The notes below the pieces were generated by a model. It was not told the DNA's origin. It saw only the letters and a program-made list of their open reading frames with translations, and did not search any database. Shown here one piece after another: positions 1 through 10,499 of a DNA stretch of 64,000 bases. Where the stretch lies: the NCBI RefSeq assembly GCF_003248965.1, contig NZ_QFQU01000013.1; one strand, written 5' to 3'. This DNA comes from Brevundimonas sp. GTDB taxonomy: Bacteria; Pseudomonadota; Alphaproteobacteria; Caulobacterales; Caulobacteraceae. Position numbers and translations under genes: made by a program. Within the stretch, counting starts at the first letter, position 1; every line of letters begins with the position of its first letter.

Positions 1-62
1 TGAGCGCCTTCGCGCTCAGGCGATGAGCGACCGCGTCGCGCGCGTGGCGCCCTTTTCGCGCG

Positions 63-845
63 TCAGCGCGGCGCCAGCCTGATGGCGCCGTCAAGACGGA
101 TGCATTCGCCGTTGATATAGACGTTGCGCGCCAGCTCCAGCACCAGCGACGCATAGTCGGCGGGCGTGCCCAGACGGCTGGGGAAGGGGATGGCGGCGGC
201 CAGGCTGTCCTGAACCTTCTGGTCCATGCCCGCCATCATCGGCGTCCACATGATGCCGGGCAGGATAGTGTTGCAGCGCACCCCTTCCTGGGCCAGGTCG
301 CGCGCGATGGGCAGGGTCATGGCGTAGACGCCGCCCTTGGAGGCCGAATAGGCCGCCTGGCCGATCTGGCCGTCCTGAGCCGCCACGGACGCCGTATTGA
401 CGATCAGGCCGCGCTCGCCGTCCGCCATCGGCTCCAGCGTCACCATGCCCGCCGCCGATTGCGACAGGACGCGGAAAGTGCCGAACAGATTGACCCGCAC
501 CGTGCGTTCGAACTGGGCCATGTCGTGGGCCTTGATCTCGCCGGTGTCCTTCTTGCGCGAGACGGTCTTCATGCCGGTGGCGATGCCGGCGCAGTTGACG
601 GTCAGCCGCTCCTGGCCGTGGGCCGCCCGGGCCTTTTCGAAGGCTGAGGCGACCGAGGCGTCGTCGGTCACATCGACCTGGCAGAAGACGCCGCCGATCT
701 CGGCCGCAATGGCCTCGCCCTTTTCGGCGTTCAGGTCGAACAGGGCGACCTTGGCGCCGGTGGCGGCGATGGCGCGGGCCGTGCCCTCGCCCAGGCCCGA
801 GGCGCCGCCCGTGACCACCGCGGCGATGCTGCTGTCGAGTTTCAT
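63..845 (-). CDS. SDR family oxidoreductase (3-hydroxyacyl-CoA dehydrogenase type II-like)
   Basis: TGGASGLG Rossmann motif, NCAGI, catalytic YSASK, C-terminal NGECIRLDGAIR; start taken at MKLDSS (ATG at 845). Confidence 0.9.
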   Translation of the reverse strand: MKLDSSIAAVVTGGASGLGEGTARAIAATGAKVALFDLNAEKGEAIAAEIGGVFCQVDVTDDASVASAFEKARAAHGQERLTVNCAGIATGMKTVSRKKDTGEIKAHDMAQFERTVRVNLFGTFRVLSQSAAGMVTLEPMADGERGLIVNTASVAAQDGQIGQAAYSASKGGVYAMTLPIARDLAQEGVRCNTILPGIMWTPMMAGMDQKVQDSLAAAIPFPSRLGTPADYASLVLELARNVYINGECIRLDGAIRLAPR

Positions 846-900
846 CCTGATCGTTCCTATATTGTGTTGAACCTGAGTTTCGTTTGAGGATTTAGCGGCC

Positions 901-1299
901 ATGACCGCCAAAGCCAAACCCGCCGATCCGTCCGACGCCCTGGACCCGAAGAAGGCGCTGGTCCCCTCGGTCGTGAAGATCAACGAGATGCGCGTGACCA
1001 AGGGTTTCTGGCCCAAGATCCAGCGCACGGCCGCACGCATCCCCTTCGCGGACCAGGCCCTGGCCGCCTGGTACGCCGCGCGCGATCCGCAGACGCCGAT
1101 GGCGGCCAAGGGCATGATCTTCGCGGGCCTGGCCTATTTCGTCATGCCGGTGGACGCCATTCCCGACATCTTCGCGGGCATCGGCTACACCGACGACGCC
1201 GCCGTCATCGCCGCCCTTCTGGCCACGCTGGGCGCCAACATCAAACGCCGCCACCGCGACCAGGCCGAAGAAGCGGTTCAGCGGCTGAAGGCGAAATAG
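901..1299 (+). CDS. YkvA/DUF1232 family membrane protein
   Basis: LAYFVMPVDAIPDIFAGIGYTDD signature. Confidence 0.85.
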   Translation: MTAKAKPADPSDALDPKKALVPSVVKINEMRVTKGFWPKIQRTAARIPFADQALAAWYAARDPQTPMAAKGMIFAGLAYFVMPVDAIPDIFAGIGYTDDAAVIAALLATLGANIKRRHRDQAEEAVQRLKAK

Positions 1300-1356
1300 C
1301 CTAGCTTACCGATTATTCAGTTGCCGGGCGGCCGGACGGGCTCCAGCCTCGGGACC

Positions 1357-2553
1357 ATGTCCATTCTGAACCGCGTGGCGCCGCTCTGCGCCGTCCTCGT
1401 CCTCGGCTTGCCGATTTCGGCCGCCGCCCAGATGACCGGGCCGACGACCGGGCCGACGGCCGAAGACTATCGAAACGACGCCCGGTCCATCGACGGGCTG
1501 ATCGCGGAGAACTACGCCTATCTGGACCGCTTCCCGTCTGGCCAGGCGCCCATGACCGAGCGTCTGCGCGCCGAAGCCGATGCGGTTCACGACAGCGCCA
1601 CCCTGCTGCGCTACGCCGAGCGGCGACTGGCGCTTCTGGAGGATGCGCACGTCATCACCGGCAGTTCGTTCTCCGACAGCTGGGCCATCGTCCCCAGCTA
1701 CGCCGACCTGTGGATCGAACCCGAGGGCGGCCTTTATCGCATCACAGCCGTGCGCGACCGATCCCCGGCCCAGGGCGCCGGAGTGACGGTGGGCGACCGG
1801 CTGATCCGGATCGACGGCGTCCCGACGGCCGAGGCCGTCGCCGCCTATTGGCGCGATCTGGGCCTGGAGTCGGGCGGCGACGCCGGCTACGCCGTGCGCG
1901 TGCTGGCGGCCGGACGCCGCGACCGCCCGCGTCTCTTGACGGTCCAGCGCGGCGACGGTCCGCCGCGAGATCTGGCGTTGTCGAACCTCTATGCCGCCCA
2001 GCGCCCCGACACAGGGCCGATCACGACCACGCGCGGCCGGGACGGCCTGACGATCGCCTTCAACGATTCCCTGGGCGACGACCGCACCATCGCGGCCTTC
2101 GACGCCGCCATGACCCAGGCCCGCCGCAACGAGACGATCATCCTGGATCTGACCGACACCCCCAGCGGCGGCAACACGGTCGTCGCACGCGCGGTCATGG
2201 GCTGGTTCGTGAGCGAAGCCCGTCCCTATCAGATGCACCGCCTGATGTCCGAGGAGCGCGAGACCGGCGTGCCGCGCCAGTGGATCGAAGAAGTGCTGCC
2301 GCGCGCCGGCCGCCATCATTCCGGCGCGGTTCGGGTCAAGGTCGGCCGCTGGACCGGCAGCATGGGCGAGGGCCTGGCCCTGGGTCTGGACGCCCAGGGC
2401 GCGCGGGTCACGGGCTGCCCGATGGCTGGCCTCTTGGGGGCCATTTACGACTTCCGCCTGGAGCACTCCGGCCTGACGATCAAGCTGCCCGCAGAGCGCC
2501 TGTCGTCGGTGTCGGGCGTTCCGCGCGAGGACTTCCGCTGCCCGTCGGCCTGA
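1357..2553 (+). CDS. S41 family peptidase with PDZ-like domain, secreted
   Basis: Signal peptide MSILNR...SAAA; YAYLD; SPAQGAGVTVGDRLIRIDG PDZ; ILDLTDTPSGG and TGSMGEG S41 motifs. Confidence 0.8.
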   Translation: MSILNRVAPLCAVLVLGLPISAAAQMTGPTTGPTAEDYRNDARSIDGLIAENYAYLDRFPSGQAPMTERLRAEADAVHDSATLLRYAERRLALLEDAHVITGSSFSDSWAIVPSYADLWIEPEGGLYRITAVRDRSPAQGAGVTVGDRLIRIDGVPTAEAVAAYWRDLGLESGGDAGYAVRVLAAGRRDRPRLLTVQRGDGPPRDLALSNLYAAQRPDTGPITTTRGRDGLTIAFNDSLGDDRTIAAFDAAMTQARRNETIILDLTDTPSGGNTVVARAVMGWFVSEARPYQMHRLMSEERETGVPRQWIEEVLPRAGRHHSGAVRVKVGRWTGSMGEGLALGLDAQGARVTGCPMAGLLGAIYDFRLEHSGLTIKLPAERLSSVSGVPREDFRCPSA

Positions 2554-2557
2554 CCGC

Positions 2558-3559
2558 TCAGCTTTCGACCGTCACCACGATCTTGCCCAGGGCCTGACGG
2601 TCGCCCAGGGCCTTGATCGCCTCGCCGGCCTTTTCCAGCGGGAAGGTCTTCGACACGCGCGGCCTGATCTTGCCGTCGGCGTACATCTGCATCAGCTCGG
2701 CCATGTTGGCGGCGTGGGCCCTGGGATCGCGCATCACCGCCGCGCCCCAGAAGACGCCGATCACCGACACGGACTTCAGCAGGGTCAGGTTCAGCGGCAG
2801 GGACGGAATGCCCGCCGGGAAGCCGACCACCAGATAGCGCCCGTTCCAGTCCATGGCCCGCAGCGCCGGATCGGCGTAGTCGCCGCCCACCGCATCATAG
2901 ACCACGTCGGCCCCGTCGCGGCCGGTCGCCAGCTTGAACTCGCCCGACAGTTCCTTCTGCGCGGCCTTGTCCATCGGTCCGGACGGATAGATCAGGCCGT
3001 TGTCAGCCCCCAGCTCCAGAGCGAACTGAACCTTGTCGTTGGTCGAGGCGGCGGCGACCACGCGCGCGCCCATCGCCTTGCCCAGTTCCACGGCTGCGGC
3101 GCCCACGCCCCCGGCGGCGCCCAGAACCAGCAGGGTCTCGCCGGCCTTCAACTGCGCCCGGTCCTTCAGCGCGTAGTAGCTGGTGCCATAGGTCATCACC
3201 AGGGCCGCCGCCTCTTCGAAGCTCATGGCGTCGGGAATGGGGATCAGCGTCTCGGCCCGCACCGCCAGCCGTTCGACCAGGCCGCCCCAGCCGGGCACGG
3301 CGATGACACGGTCGCCCTTGAACACGCCCTTTACGCCCTCGCCCACCGCCTCGACCACGCCCGCGACCTCGGCGCCGGGCGAGAAGGGGCGTTCCGGCCG
3401 GAACTGATATTTGTCCTCGATGATCAATGTGTCGGGATAGTTGATCCCCACCGCCTTGACCTCGATCACCACCTCGCCCGCCTTGGGCGTCGGGTCGAGC
3501 ACGTCTTCCACGACCAGGGTTTCAGGGCCGCCGGCGGCCTTGGACAAAACAGCGCGCAT
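2558..3559 (-). CDS. NADPH:quinone oxidoreductase family protein (MDR)
   Basis: GINYPD, PFSPGAEVAG, GAAGGVG, C-terminal GKIVV; AGGAGG RBS upstream of ATG 3559. Confidence 0.9.
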   Translation of the reverse strand: MRAVLSKAAGGPETLVVEDVLDPTPKAGEVVIEVKAVGINYPDTLIIEDKYQFRPERPFSPGAEVAGVVEAVGEGVKGVFKGDRVIAVPGWGGLVERLAVRAETLIPIPDAMSFEEAAALVMTYGTSYYALKDRAQLKAGETLLVLGAAGGVGAAAVELGKAMGARVVAAASTNDKVQFALELGADNGLIYPSGPMDKAAQKELSGEFKLATGRDGADVVYDAVGGDYADPALRAMDWNGRYLVVGFPAGIPSLPLNLTLLKSVSVIGVFWGAAVMRDPRAHAANMAELMQMYADGKIRPRVSKTFPLEKAGEAIKALGDRQALGKIVVTVES

Positions 3560-3704
3560 CTTTCCTCCTTGGCCTATCGCGCTTCGCGCTGCTTGAGGCC
3601 GTTGATTTATTGGACAAGCCGACATGGCGCGGCCTTCATCGCGACGCTAAAGAGCGCCACGCCCGTTTGAAAGAGGCGATAAGGACAAGGCTCAGGAAGA
3701 CGAC

Positions 3705-4574
3705 ATGACCGCCCTCATCCTCCACGGCGGCGCCGGCGCCCGGCGCGAACGCAACTACGACGCCGAGGTCGTGCATATGCGCCAGGTCGTCGAGGCCATG
3801 AAGGTCCGGCTGGACGCGGGCGACAGCGCCCTGGATGTCGCCACCGCCGCCGTCGTCGTGCTGGAAGATTCGGGTCTCTACGTCGCGGGCAAGGGCGCCT
3901 CGCCCAATCTGGCCGGGGCCTATGAGCTGGACGCCAGCCTGATGGACGGCGCGAGCCGCCGCGCCGGTTCCGTCGCCGCCCTTCAGGGCTTTCGTAACCC
4001 CGTCGTCGCCGCACGCGCAGTGATGGAACGCACCCCGCACGTCATGCTGGTCGGCGAAGGCGCGGGTCTGTTCGCCCACGACCAGGGGCTGGAGCCCATC
4101 GCGGACGAGACCGCCTGGTACACCGGCGCCGGCCAGGGCGAGGACAACCATCCGCCCGGAACCCTCAGCCACGGCACCGTCGGCTGCTGCGTGCTGGACA
4201 GCCAGGGCCGCCTCGCCGCCGCCACCTCGACCGCAGGCGTGTTCGGCAAGATGCCGGGCCGGGTCGGCGACACCCCCATCCCCGCCGCCGGAACCTGGGC
4301 CGACGGCTCCGCAGCCGCCTCCTGCACCGGCCAGGGCGAATATTTCATCCGCGTCGCCGCCGCCGCCCAGGTCGCCTGGCGCGTCGCCGCCGGCCAGCCC
4401 CTGGCCCAGGCCGCCCAGGCCGTGATCGACGAGATCGGCGCCCTGGGCGGCGACGGCGGCCTGATCGCGCTCGACGCGGCCGGAAACCTCGCCGCCCCCT
4501 TCAACAGCCAGGGGATGAAGCACGCCTGGCTGACCCCGGGCGGCGAGATCGGGGTCGAGGTTTTCCGCGACTGA
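3705..4574 (+). CDS. isoaspartyl peptidase/L-asparaginase (Ntn hydrolase)
   Basis: ILHGGAG, ELDASLMDG, GTVG autoproteolytic Thr, AAATSTAG, GRVGDTP, TGQGE. Confidence 0.9.
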   Translation: MTALILHGGAGARRERNYDAEVVHMRQVVEAMKVRLDAGDSALDVATAAVVVLEDSGLYVAGKGASPNLAGAYELDASLMDGASRRAGSVAALQGFRNPVVAARAVMERTPHVMLVGEGAGLFAHDQGLEPIADETAWYTGAGQGEDNHPPGTLSHGTVGCCVLDSQGRLAAATSTAGVFGKMPGRVGDTPIPAAGTWADGSAAASCTGQGEYFIRVAAAAQVAWRVAAGQPLAQAAQAVIDEIGALGGDGGLIALDAAGNLAAPFNSQGMKHAWLTPGGEIGVEVFRD

Positions 4575-4667
4575 CTGAACCACCCCCACATTACATCTCC
4601 GTAAGGTGCGCCGGCGCGTATCGCTGATACGGTGCGGCGCCCTCGCCTTGGGCGCCGGAGATCCCTG

Positions 4668-7538
4668 ATGAAATTCCGCCTCACCGCCACCGTCGCCGCC
4701 TCGGCGATCCTGCTGGGCCTCGCCGCGCCCGCCTTCGCCGCCCACGCCTTCGATGTCGCCGCCGCGCCGGCCCCCGCCGTTCAAGCCGCCCAGGGCGTGA
4801 CGGTCCCGCCGCTGGGCTTCACCCGGCGCGTGTTGCCGAACGGCCTGGAGGTCTATTCGGCGCGCGACGCCAACACCTCCAACGTCACGGTCCAGGTCTG
4901 GTACAAGGTGGGGTCCAAGGACGATCCGTCCGGCCGCTCCGGCTTCGCCCACCTGTTCGAACACCTGATGTTCAAGGCGACGCGCAATCTGCCGTCCGAG
5001 AGCTTCGACCGGCTGACCGAGGACGTGGGCGGCGGCAACAACGCCTTCACCGCCGACGACGTCACCGCCTATCACGAGACCATTCCCGCCAACCACCTGC
5101 AGCGTCTGCTGTTCGCCGAGGCGGACCGCATGGGGTCGCTGGTCGTGGACGAGCCGACCTTCATATCCGAACGCGACGTGGTGAAGGAGGAATACCGCCA
5201 GCGCATCCTGGCCAGCCCCTACGGCCGCCTGTTCGGCCTGTTCGTGCCCGAGACCATCTATCAGGACAGTCCCTATCGCCGCCCCGGCATCGGCTCGATC
5301 CAGGAACTGGAGGCCTCGTCGCTGGACGACGTGCGCCGCTTTCACGCCACCTACTATCGCCCCGACAACGCCTATCTGATCGTCGCCGGCAATTTCGACC
5401 AGGCCCAGCTGGACCGCTGGGTCGATCAGTATTTCGCGCCGCTGAAGAACCCGTCGACGCCCATCCCGGCCAATACAGTGGTCGAGCCCGAACCGACGGG
5501 GCCCAAGTCCGTCACCTTCTATGCTCCGAACGTGCCCTTGCCGGCGGTGGTGGTCGCTTGGCCGACGGTCAAATACGCCGACCCCGACCGCGCCGCGCTG
5601 GAGGTTTTGGACGGCGTCCTGTCGACCGGCGAGAGCAGCCGCCTCTATCGCGCCCTGGTCTATGACAAGCAGATCGCCAACAGCATCGGCTCCAGCCCCG
5701 ATTTCGCCCAGCAGGCCGGCAATCTGACGGCCTACGCCATCATGGCCGACGGTCACGACGCCGACGAGGGGATCGCGGCCCTGAACGAGGAGATCGCCCG
5801 GCTGCGCGATCAGCCGATCAGCGCCGCCGAACTGGCCGAGGCCCAGAACGAACTGGTCGCAAGCGCCCTGCGCAGTCGCGAGACCGTGGAAGACCGCGCC
5901 CAGGCCCTGGGCTTCTCGCTGATCAACACCGGCGGGGCCGCGGCCGCCGACCAGGGGGTGGCCCAGATTCAGGCCGTCACCGTCGCCGACGTCCAGCGCG
6001 TGGCGCGCAAATATCTGACGCCTCAGCGCCAGTCGACAATCACCTATCTGGCCGCCGACGCCGCGCATCCGCCCTCGGTTCAGAAGATGAACGTCGACGC
6101 CCCGGTGAAGGTCGCCGATCTGGCCCCTGCCGGCGAACCCGTCGCCCTGCTGCCGGAAGGTCAGCGCGCCGCCCTGCCCCAGGCCGGCCCAGACGTGGCC
6201 CCGGCCACCCCGGTCGTGGCCGACTTCCGCCTGGACAACGGCCTGCGCGTCCTGGTCGCCCCGACCCAGGGCCTGCCCCTGGTCTCGGCGCGCCTGAACC
6301 TGAAGGCCGGGTCGGCGAACGATCCGTCGGGCAAGGCCGGCGTCGCCGCCCTGACCGCCGCCCTCCTGACCCAGGGCACGACCACCCGGTCCGCGCCCGA
6401 GATCGCCACCCAGATCGAACAGCTGGGCGCCGCCGTCGGCGCCGGCGCCGGGGTCGACTTCGCCAACGTCTACGCCAACGCCCCCGCCAACGCCTTCCCG
6501 CAGACGGTCGCCCTGATGGCCGACCTGGTGAAGCATCCCGCCTTCGCCGCCGAGGAACTGGAACGCCAGCAGGCCCAGACGCTGGACGGCCTGCGCGTCG
6601 CCCTCAGCCAGCCCGGCGCCATCGCCGGCCAGACGGTCGGCCGCGTGATCTATGGCGACGCGCCCTACGGTTCACCGGGCTCGGGCACGCTGCAGACCGT
6701 GCCGACGATCACCCCGGCCGACGTCGCCGCCTTCCACGCTGCCCGCTATCGCCCGTCGGACGCGACCCTGGTCTTCTCGGGCGACATCACGCCCGACGCC
6801 GCCCGCGCCCTGGCCCAGCAGACATTCGGCGACTGGCGCGCGTCCGGCGCCGCCCCCGCCGCCGTGGCCGATCCGGCCGGCCAGGCCCAGGCGCCGCGCA
6901 TCGTGGTCGTCAACCAGCCGGGCGCTGGCCAGGCCGCCGTCGTCGCCGCCATCCGCGGCGTGCCGCGCACCGACGCCGACTACTTCCCGCTGCTGGTCGG
7001 CAACACCTTGCTGGGCGGCGGCTTCTCGTCGCGGCTGAACCAGGAAATCCGCATCAAGCGCGGCCTGTCCTACGGAGCCGGTTCGTCGCTGGGCGCGCGC
7101 GCAGACGCGGGCGTCTTCACCGCCTCGACCCAGACCAAGAACGAGACCGCCGACGAGGTCGCCGACCTGATCCTGGCCGAGATCGCCCGCCTGGGGTCCG
7201 AGCCCGCGACCCAGGCCGACCTGGCCCCGCGCCGCGCGGTTCTGATCGGCGGCTTCGGCGATTCGCTGGAGACGGTGGACGGCCTGGGATCGCTGGTCGC
7301 CAACCTGGCCCTCTACGACCTGCCGATGAGCGATCTCGCCGACTACGCCGGCCGGGTGCGCGCCGTGACGCCGGAACAGATCGAAACCGCCTTCGCCCGC
7401 CACCTGCCGGTCAACCAGGCCAGCCTGGTCATCGTCGGCGACGGCTCCCTGTTCCTGGACGATCTGCGCGCCAAACACCCGAACCTGGAGGTCATCCAGC
7501 TGGAGGACCTGAACCTCGGCTCCGGCGCGCTGAAATAG
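4668..7538 (+). CDS. M16 (pitrilysin) family zinc peptidase, secreted, two-half fused form
   Basis: Signal peptide; inverted Zn motif HLFEH; second LDNGL half lacks the Zn motif but has IRIKRGLSY. Confidence 0.9.
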   Translation: MKFRLTATVAASAILLGLAAPAFAAHAFDVAAAPAPAVQAAQGVTVPPLGFTRRVLPNGLEVYSARDANTSNVTVQVWYKVGSKDDPSGRSGFAHLFEHLMFKATRNLPSESFDRLTEDVGGGNNAFTADDVTAYHETIPANHLQRLLFAEADRMGSLVVDEPTFISERDVVKEEYRQRILASPYGRLFGLFVPETIYQDSPYRRPGIGSIQELEASSLDDVRRFHATYYRPDNAYLIVAGNFDQAQLDRWVDQYFAPLKNPSTPIPANTVVEPEPTGPKSVTFYAPNVPLPAVVVAWPTVKYADPDRAALEVLDGVLSTGESSRLYRALVYDKQIANSIGSSPDFAQQAGNLTAYAIMADGHDADEGIAALNEEIARLRDQPISAAELAEAQNELVASALRSRETVEDRAQALGFSLINTGGAAAADQGVAQIQAVTVADVQRVARKYLTPQRQSTITYLAADAAHPPSVQKMNVDAPVKVADLAPAGEPVALLPEGQRAALPQAGPDVAPATPVVADFRLDNGLRVLVAPTQGLPLVSARLNLKAGSANDPSGKAGVAALTAALLTQGTTTRSAPEIATQIEQLGAAVGAGAGVDFANVYANAPANAFPQTVALMADLVKHPAFAAEELERQQAQTLDGLRVALSQPGAIAGQTVGRVIYGDAPYGSPGSGTLQTVPTITPADVAAFHAARYRPSDATLVFSGDITPDAARALAQQTFGDWRASGAAPAAVADPAGQAQAPRIVVVNQPGAGQAAVVAAIRGVPRTDADYFPLLVGNTLLGGGFSSRLNQEIRIKRGLSYGAGSSLGARADAGVFTASTQTKNETADEVADLILAEIARLGSEPATQADLAPRRAVLIGGFGDSLETVDGLGSLVANLALYDLPMSDLADYAGRVRAVTPEQIETAFARHLPVNQASLVIVGDGSLFLDDLRAKHPNLEVIQLEDLNLGSGALK

Positions 7539-7789
7539 GGACGCCCGCGGCCTCTCCTTCCCCTCAGCCGGGAGAGAGAGGCCCGCGCGCTCGCCGGTCT
7601 CCTCTCGCCGAGGTCGAGCGACGAAGACCCGGTTTTTCAATGACCTGAATCCGCGTCGGCGCAATCGTCCCGGCGCGGTGTGAAACAGGCGTATGATCGG
7701 CGCCGGTCTTTGACATCGGCGCATCGGTCATGAATATCCCGGATTTCAGACGGGACGCCTTTCCCCGCGCCAATATCTCTTGCCTAGGA

Positions 7790-7827
7790 TTCGGACTGTT
7801 CGGACTGTTCGGACTGTTCGGACTGTT
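7790..7827. repeat. 4 perfect tandem copies of 9-mer TTCGGACTG
   Basis: Read directly: ttcggactg x4 followed by a T run, in the intergenic gap between convergent genes. Confidence 0.9.
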
Positions 7828-7849
7828 TTTTCAGACCGCCCGACTTCCT

Positions 7850-8680
7850 TCAAGCCGAAAGGCAGACCACCTGGGCCACGCGCAGATCCCGCCTCAGGGC
7901 GTCGGACGCCTGGCCGTAGGTGTCGATGGTCATCGGCTGGCCTTGCGCCCCCTCGTCTGGTCCCTGTTCGCCGCGAATGGCGGGACCGAAGGATTCCGGC
8001 GCCGTGGTGTAAATGCGTCCCCGGCGCGGCGCCTCGGCGATCGTGACCCCCAGCACCCGCCCCTGGCCGTCCAGCGCGGGGGCGCCGGACAGGCCCGACA
8101 GGGCGCCGACCAGGCCGTCGGTGCGCCCGACCTCGGCCCAGGCCAGCACCGGCTCTTCGTGGGCGCCACGCCCGAACACCTTCAGCGTCTCGCGCCCCAG
8201 CAGCCGGGTCGTCACCTCGCCCGGCGCGCCTTGCGGAAAGCCGGGGTGGAAGGCGCGCTGCCCCTTGCGAAGCGGTGCGTCGGCGGCCACCGGCAGGGCG
8301 GGCGGCCCGCCGTCGGTGATCAACAGGGCGACATCCGCCCGCGACGCCAGCCGCACGTCCGCCGCCACCGCCCGCCCGCCGCCGATCACCAGGGCGGGCT
8401 TCCTGCATCCTTCGACCACATGGCGCGCCGTGACCCAGCGGCCGCGACCGGCGATGGAGAAGGCCGTCCCCGACGACGGACGAAAGGCGTCCGGCGCCTC
8501 CACGGTGGCGGCGGCGTCGAACGGGGTGATCGGGCCCAGAAGGGCGCCTTCGACGGCGTCGGGCGGCACGGCCGCGGCCGGCGGCGCGTCGGCGTTCTCG
8601 CGCCGGCTCAGAGACACGGCCAGCAGCACGCCCGCCACCGCCGCATAGACGGCCCAGTCCGGCAGGCGGGGCAAACGCAC
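7850..8680 (-). CDS. trypsin-like serine protease, membrane anchored
   Basis: SGTAF, VTARHV (His), DVAL (Asp), GLSGAP (Ser); N-terminal TM segment. Confidence 0.85.
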   Translation of the reverse strand: MRLPRLPDWAVYAAVAGVLLAVSLSRRENADAPPAAAVPPDAVEGALLGPITPFDAAATVEAPDAFRPSSGTAFSIAGRGRWVTARHVVEGCRKPALVIGGGRAVAADVRLASRADVALLITDGGPPALPVAADAPLRKGQRAFHPGFPQGAPGEVTTRLLGRETLKVFGRGAHEEPVLAWAEVGRTDGLVGALSGLSGAPALDGQGRVLGVTIAEAPRRGRIYTTAPESFGPAIRGEQGPDEGAQGQPMTIDTYGQASDALRRDLRVAQVVCLSA

Positions 8681-8687
8681 GGCCCGC

Positions 8688-9128
8688 TCAGCCCGTGAGG
8701 GCGGCGGACAAGATCAGCGCCGTCGCCAGCTTGGCCCCCGCCAGCACCACCGCCGCCGAGACCTCGCCGTTCTGGATGCGCTGCGGCAGGCCGGTCAGGA
8801 TCAGGTCCACGATCCGGAACACCAGAAGCTGCAGCGCCAGGGTCGCCACCCCCCAGATGGCGATGTCGCGCACCGTCGTCGACACCGAAAGCGACACCGC
8901 CAGCGGAATGGCCAGGCCGACCAATACGGCGGCGAAGCCGATGGCGGCGGCCGGATTGCCCTCGCGGATCAGGCTGATCTCTTTCCAGGGCGTCATCAGC
9001 ACATAGACCGCCGCCCCCGCCGCCAGCAGCAGCAGGGTCACGATCAGGTGCGCGACCATGACCGGAAAGCCCGAGGCGAAAGCCTGCATCTCGGCGCTCG
9101 ACAGAACATTGGACAGGGACGGGTCCAT
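8688..9128 (-). CDS. DUF350 domain membrane protein
   Basis: 4 TM segments, TPWKEISLIREGNPAAA and RIQNGEVSAA repeats typical of DUF350. Confidence 0.8.
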   Translation of the reverse strand: MDPSLSNVLSSAEMQAFASGFPVMVAHLIVTLLLLAAGAAVYVLMTPWKEISLIREGNPAAAIGFAAVLVGLAIPLAVSLSVSTTVRDIAIWGVATLALQLLVFRIVDLILTGLPQRIQNGEVSAAVVLAGAKLATALILSAALTG

Positions 9129-9256
9129 GAGCCAACGCCTTGCCCGATTGTCGCCCCAATCCGCAAGCGCGCCACGGCCACACCTTGTGACGAAAGATTA
9201 CAGGGGCTTGTCGTCAGCAGCGTTCTTGTGCGCCCGGGCGGGCAGGTCAAACCGGC

Positions 9257-10417
9257 TCACGCCGCCGCCTGCTCGGCCTTCCTGAGCGCGCTCGCCCGCA
9301 CCTTCTCGCTCTCCGACTTCAGCTGACCACAGGCGGCGAGGATGTCGCGGCCGCGGGGGGTGCGGATGGGGCTGGCGTATCCGGCCTTGTTCAGGATGGC
9401 GGCGAACCGTTCGATCGTCTTCCAGTCCGAGCATTCGTAATCGACGCCCGGCCAGGGGTTGAACGGGATCAGGTTGATCTTGGCCGGAATACCCTCGATC
9501 AGTTTCAGCAGGGCGCGGGCCTCTTCCGGGCTGTCGTTGACGCCTTTCAGCATGACGTATTCGAACGTCACCCGCCGTGCGTTCGACAGGCCCGGATAAG
9601 CCCGGATCGCGGCCATCAGCTGGTCCAGCGGATATTTCTTGTTCAGCGGCACCAACACGTCGCGCAGCGGGTCGTTTGTGGCGTGCAGGCTGATGGCCAG
9701 CATGGCCGCCGTCCGCTCGCCCAGCGCCTGAAGCTGCGGCACGACGCCCGAGGTCGAAACCGTGATCCGGCGGCGCGACAGGGCGATCCCCTCGTTGTCC
9801 GAGATGATGTCGATGGCGTCCGAGACATTGTCCAGATTGTAGAGCGGCTCGCCCATGCCCATGAAGACGATGTTGGACAGGCGGCGGTCTTCCTTGGGCG
9901 ACGGCCATTCCTCCAGGTCGTCGCGCGCCACCTGGACCTGGGCCACGATCTCGGCGGCGGTCAGGTTGCGGACCAGCTTTTGCGTGCCGGTGTGGCAGAA
10001 GGTGCAGTTCAGGGTGCAGCCGACCTGAGACGAGACGCACAGGGCGCCGGCCCGGCCCACGTCGGGGATATAGACGGTCTCGATCTCGATGCCCGGCGCG
10101 GTGCGGATCAGCCATTTGCGGGTGCCGTCCCTGGACACCTGGCGTTCGACGATCTCGGGCCGGGCCAGGGTGAAATGTTCGGCCAGACGGGCCTGCATGT
10201 CCTTGGCGACGTTCGACATGGCCGCGAAGTCGGTGACGCCGTAGTGATGGATCCAGCCCCAGATCTGGCTGGCGCGCATCTTCGCCTTTTCCGGAGGGCA
10301 GACGTCGGCGTCGATCAGGGCCTGACGCAGGCCCGCGCGCGTCAGGCCGCTGAGGTTGACGGGAGGCTTCTCAGCCGGCGCGGTCGAGACGCGCGAAAGG
10401 TCGAGCGTGATGCTCAA
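9257..10417 (-). CDS. rlmN: 23S rRNA m2A2503 / tRNA m2A37 radical SAM methyltransferase
   Basis: [42 protein letters not shown]. Confidence 0.97.
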   Translation of the reverse strand: MSITLDLSRVSTAPAEKPPVNLSGLTRAGLRQALIDADVCPPEKAKMRASQIWGWIHHYGVTDFAAMSNVAKDMQARLAEHFTLARPEIVERQVSRDGTRKWLIRTAPGIEIETVYIPDVGRAGALCVSSQVGCTLNCTFCHTGTQKLVRNLTAAEIVAQVQVARDDLEEWPSPKEDRRLSNIVFMGMGEPLYNLDNVSDAIDIISDNEGIALSRRRITVSTSGVVPQLQALGERTAAMLAISLHATNDPLRDVLVPLNKKYPLDQLMAAIRAYPGLSNARRVTFEYVMLKGVNDSPEEARALLKLIEGIPAKINLIPFNPWPGVDYECSDWKTIERFAAILNKAGYASPIRTPRGRDILAACGQLKSESEKVRASALRKAEQAAA

Positions 10418-10499
10418 GGCGGCGATCCTGGATGAGGTTTAGCCGCCCCCTATAGCACAAACCCCGGCAATTGCATGACCGGGCCGTTTCAGCCCTCTG

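Noticed and set aside
1434..1457. 12-bp duplication encoding TGPT-TGPT
   Set aside because: A trivial linker duplication after the signal peptide.
3636..6536. 966-aa antisense ORF and similar long shadow ORFs (e.g. 23027-25237, 31287-32978, 58127-59590)
   Set aside because: They lie opposite well-supported genes, have no motifs and are expected in high-GC DNA with strong codon bias.
7790..7827. Possible CRISPR array
   Set aside because: 9-bp direct tandem units with no spacers and no cas genes.
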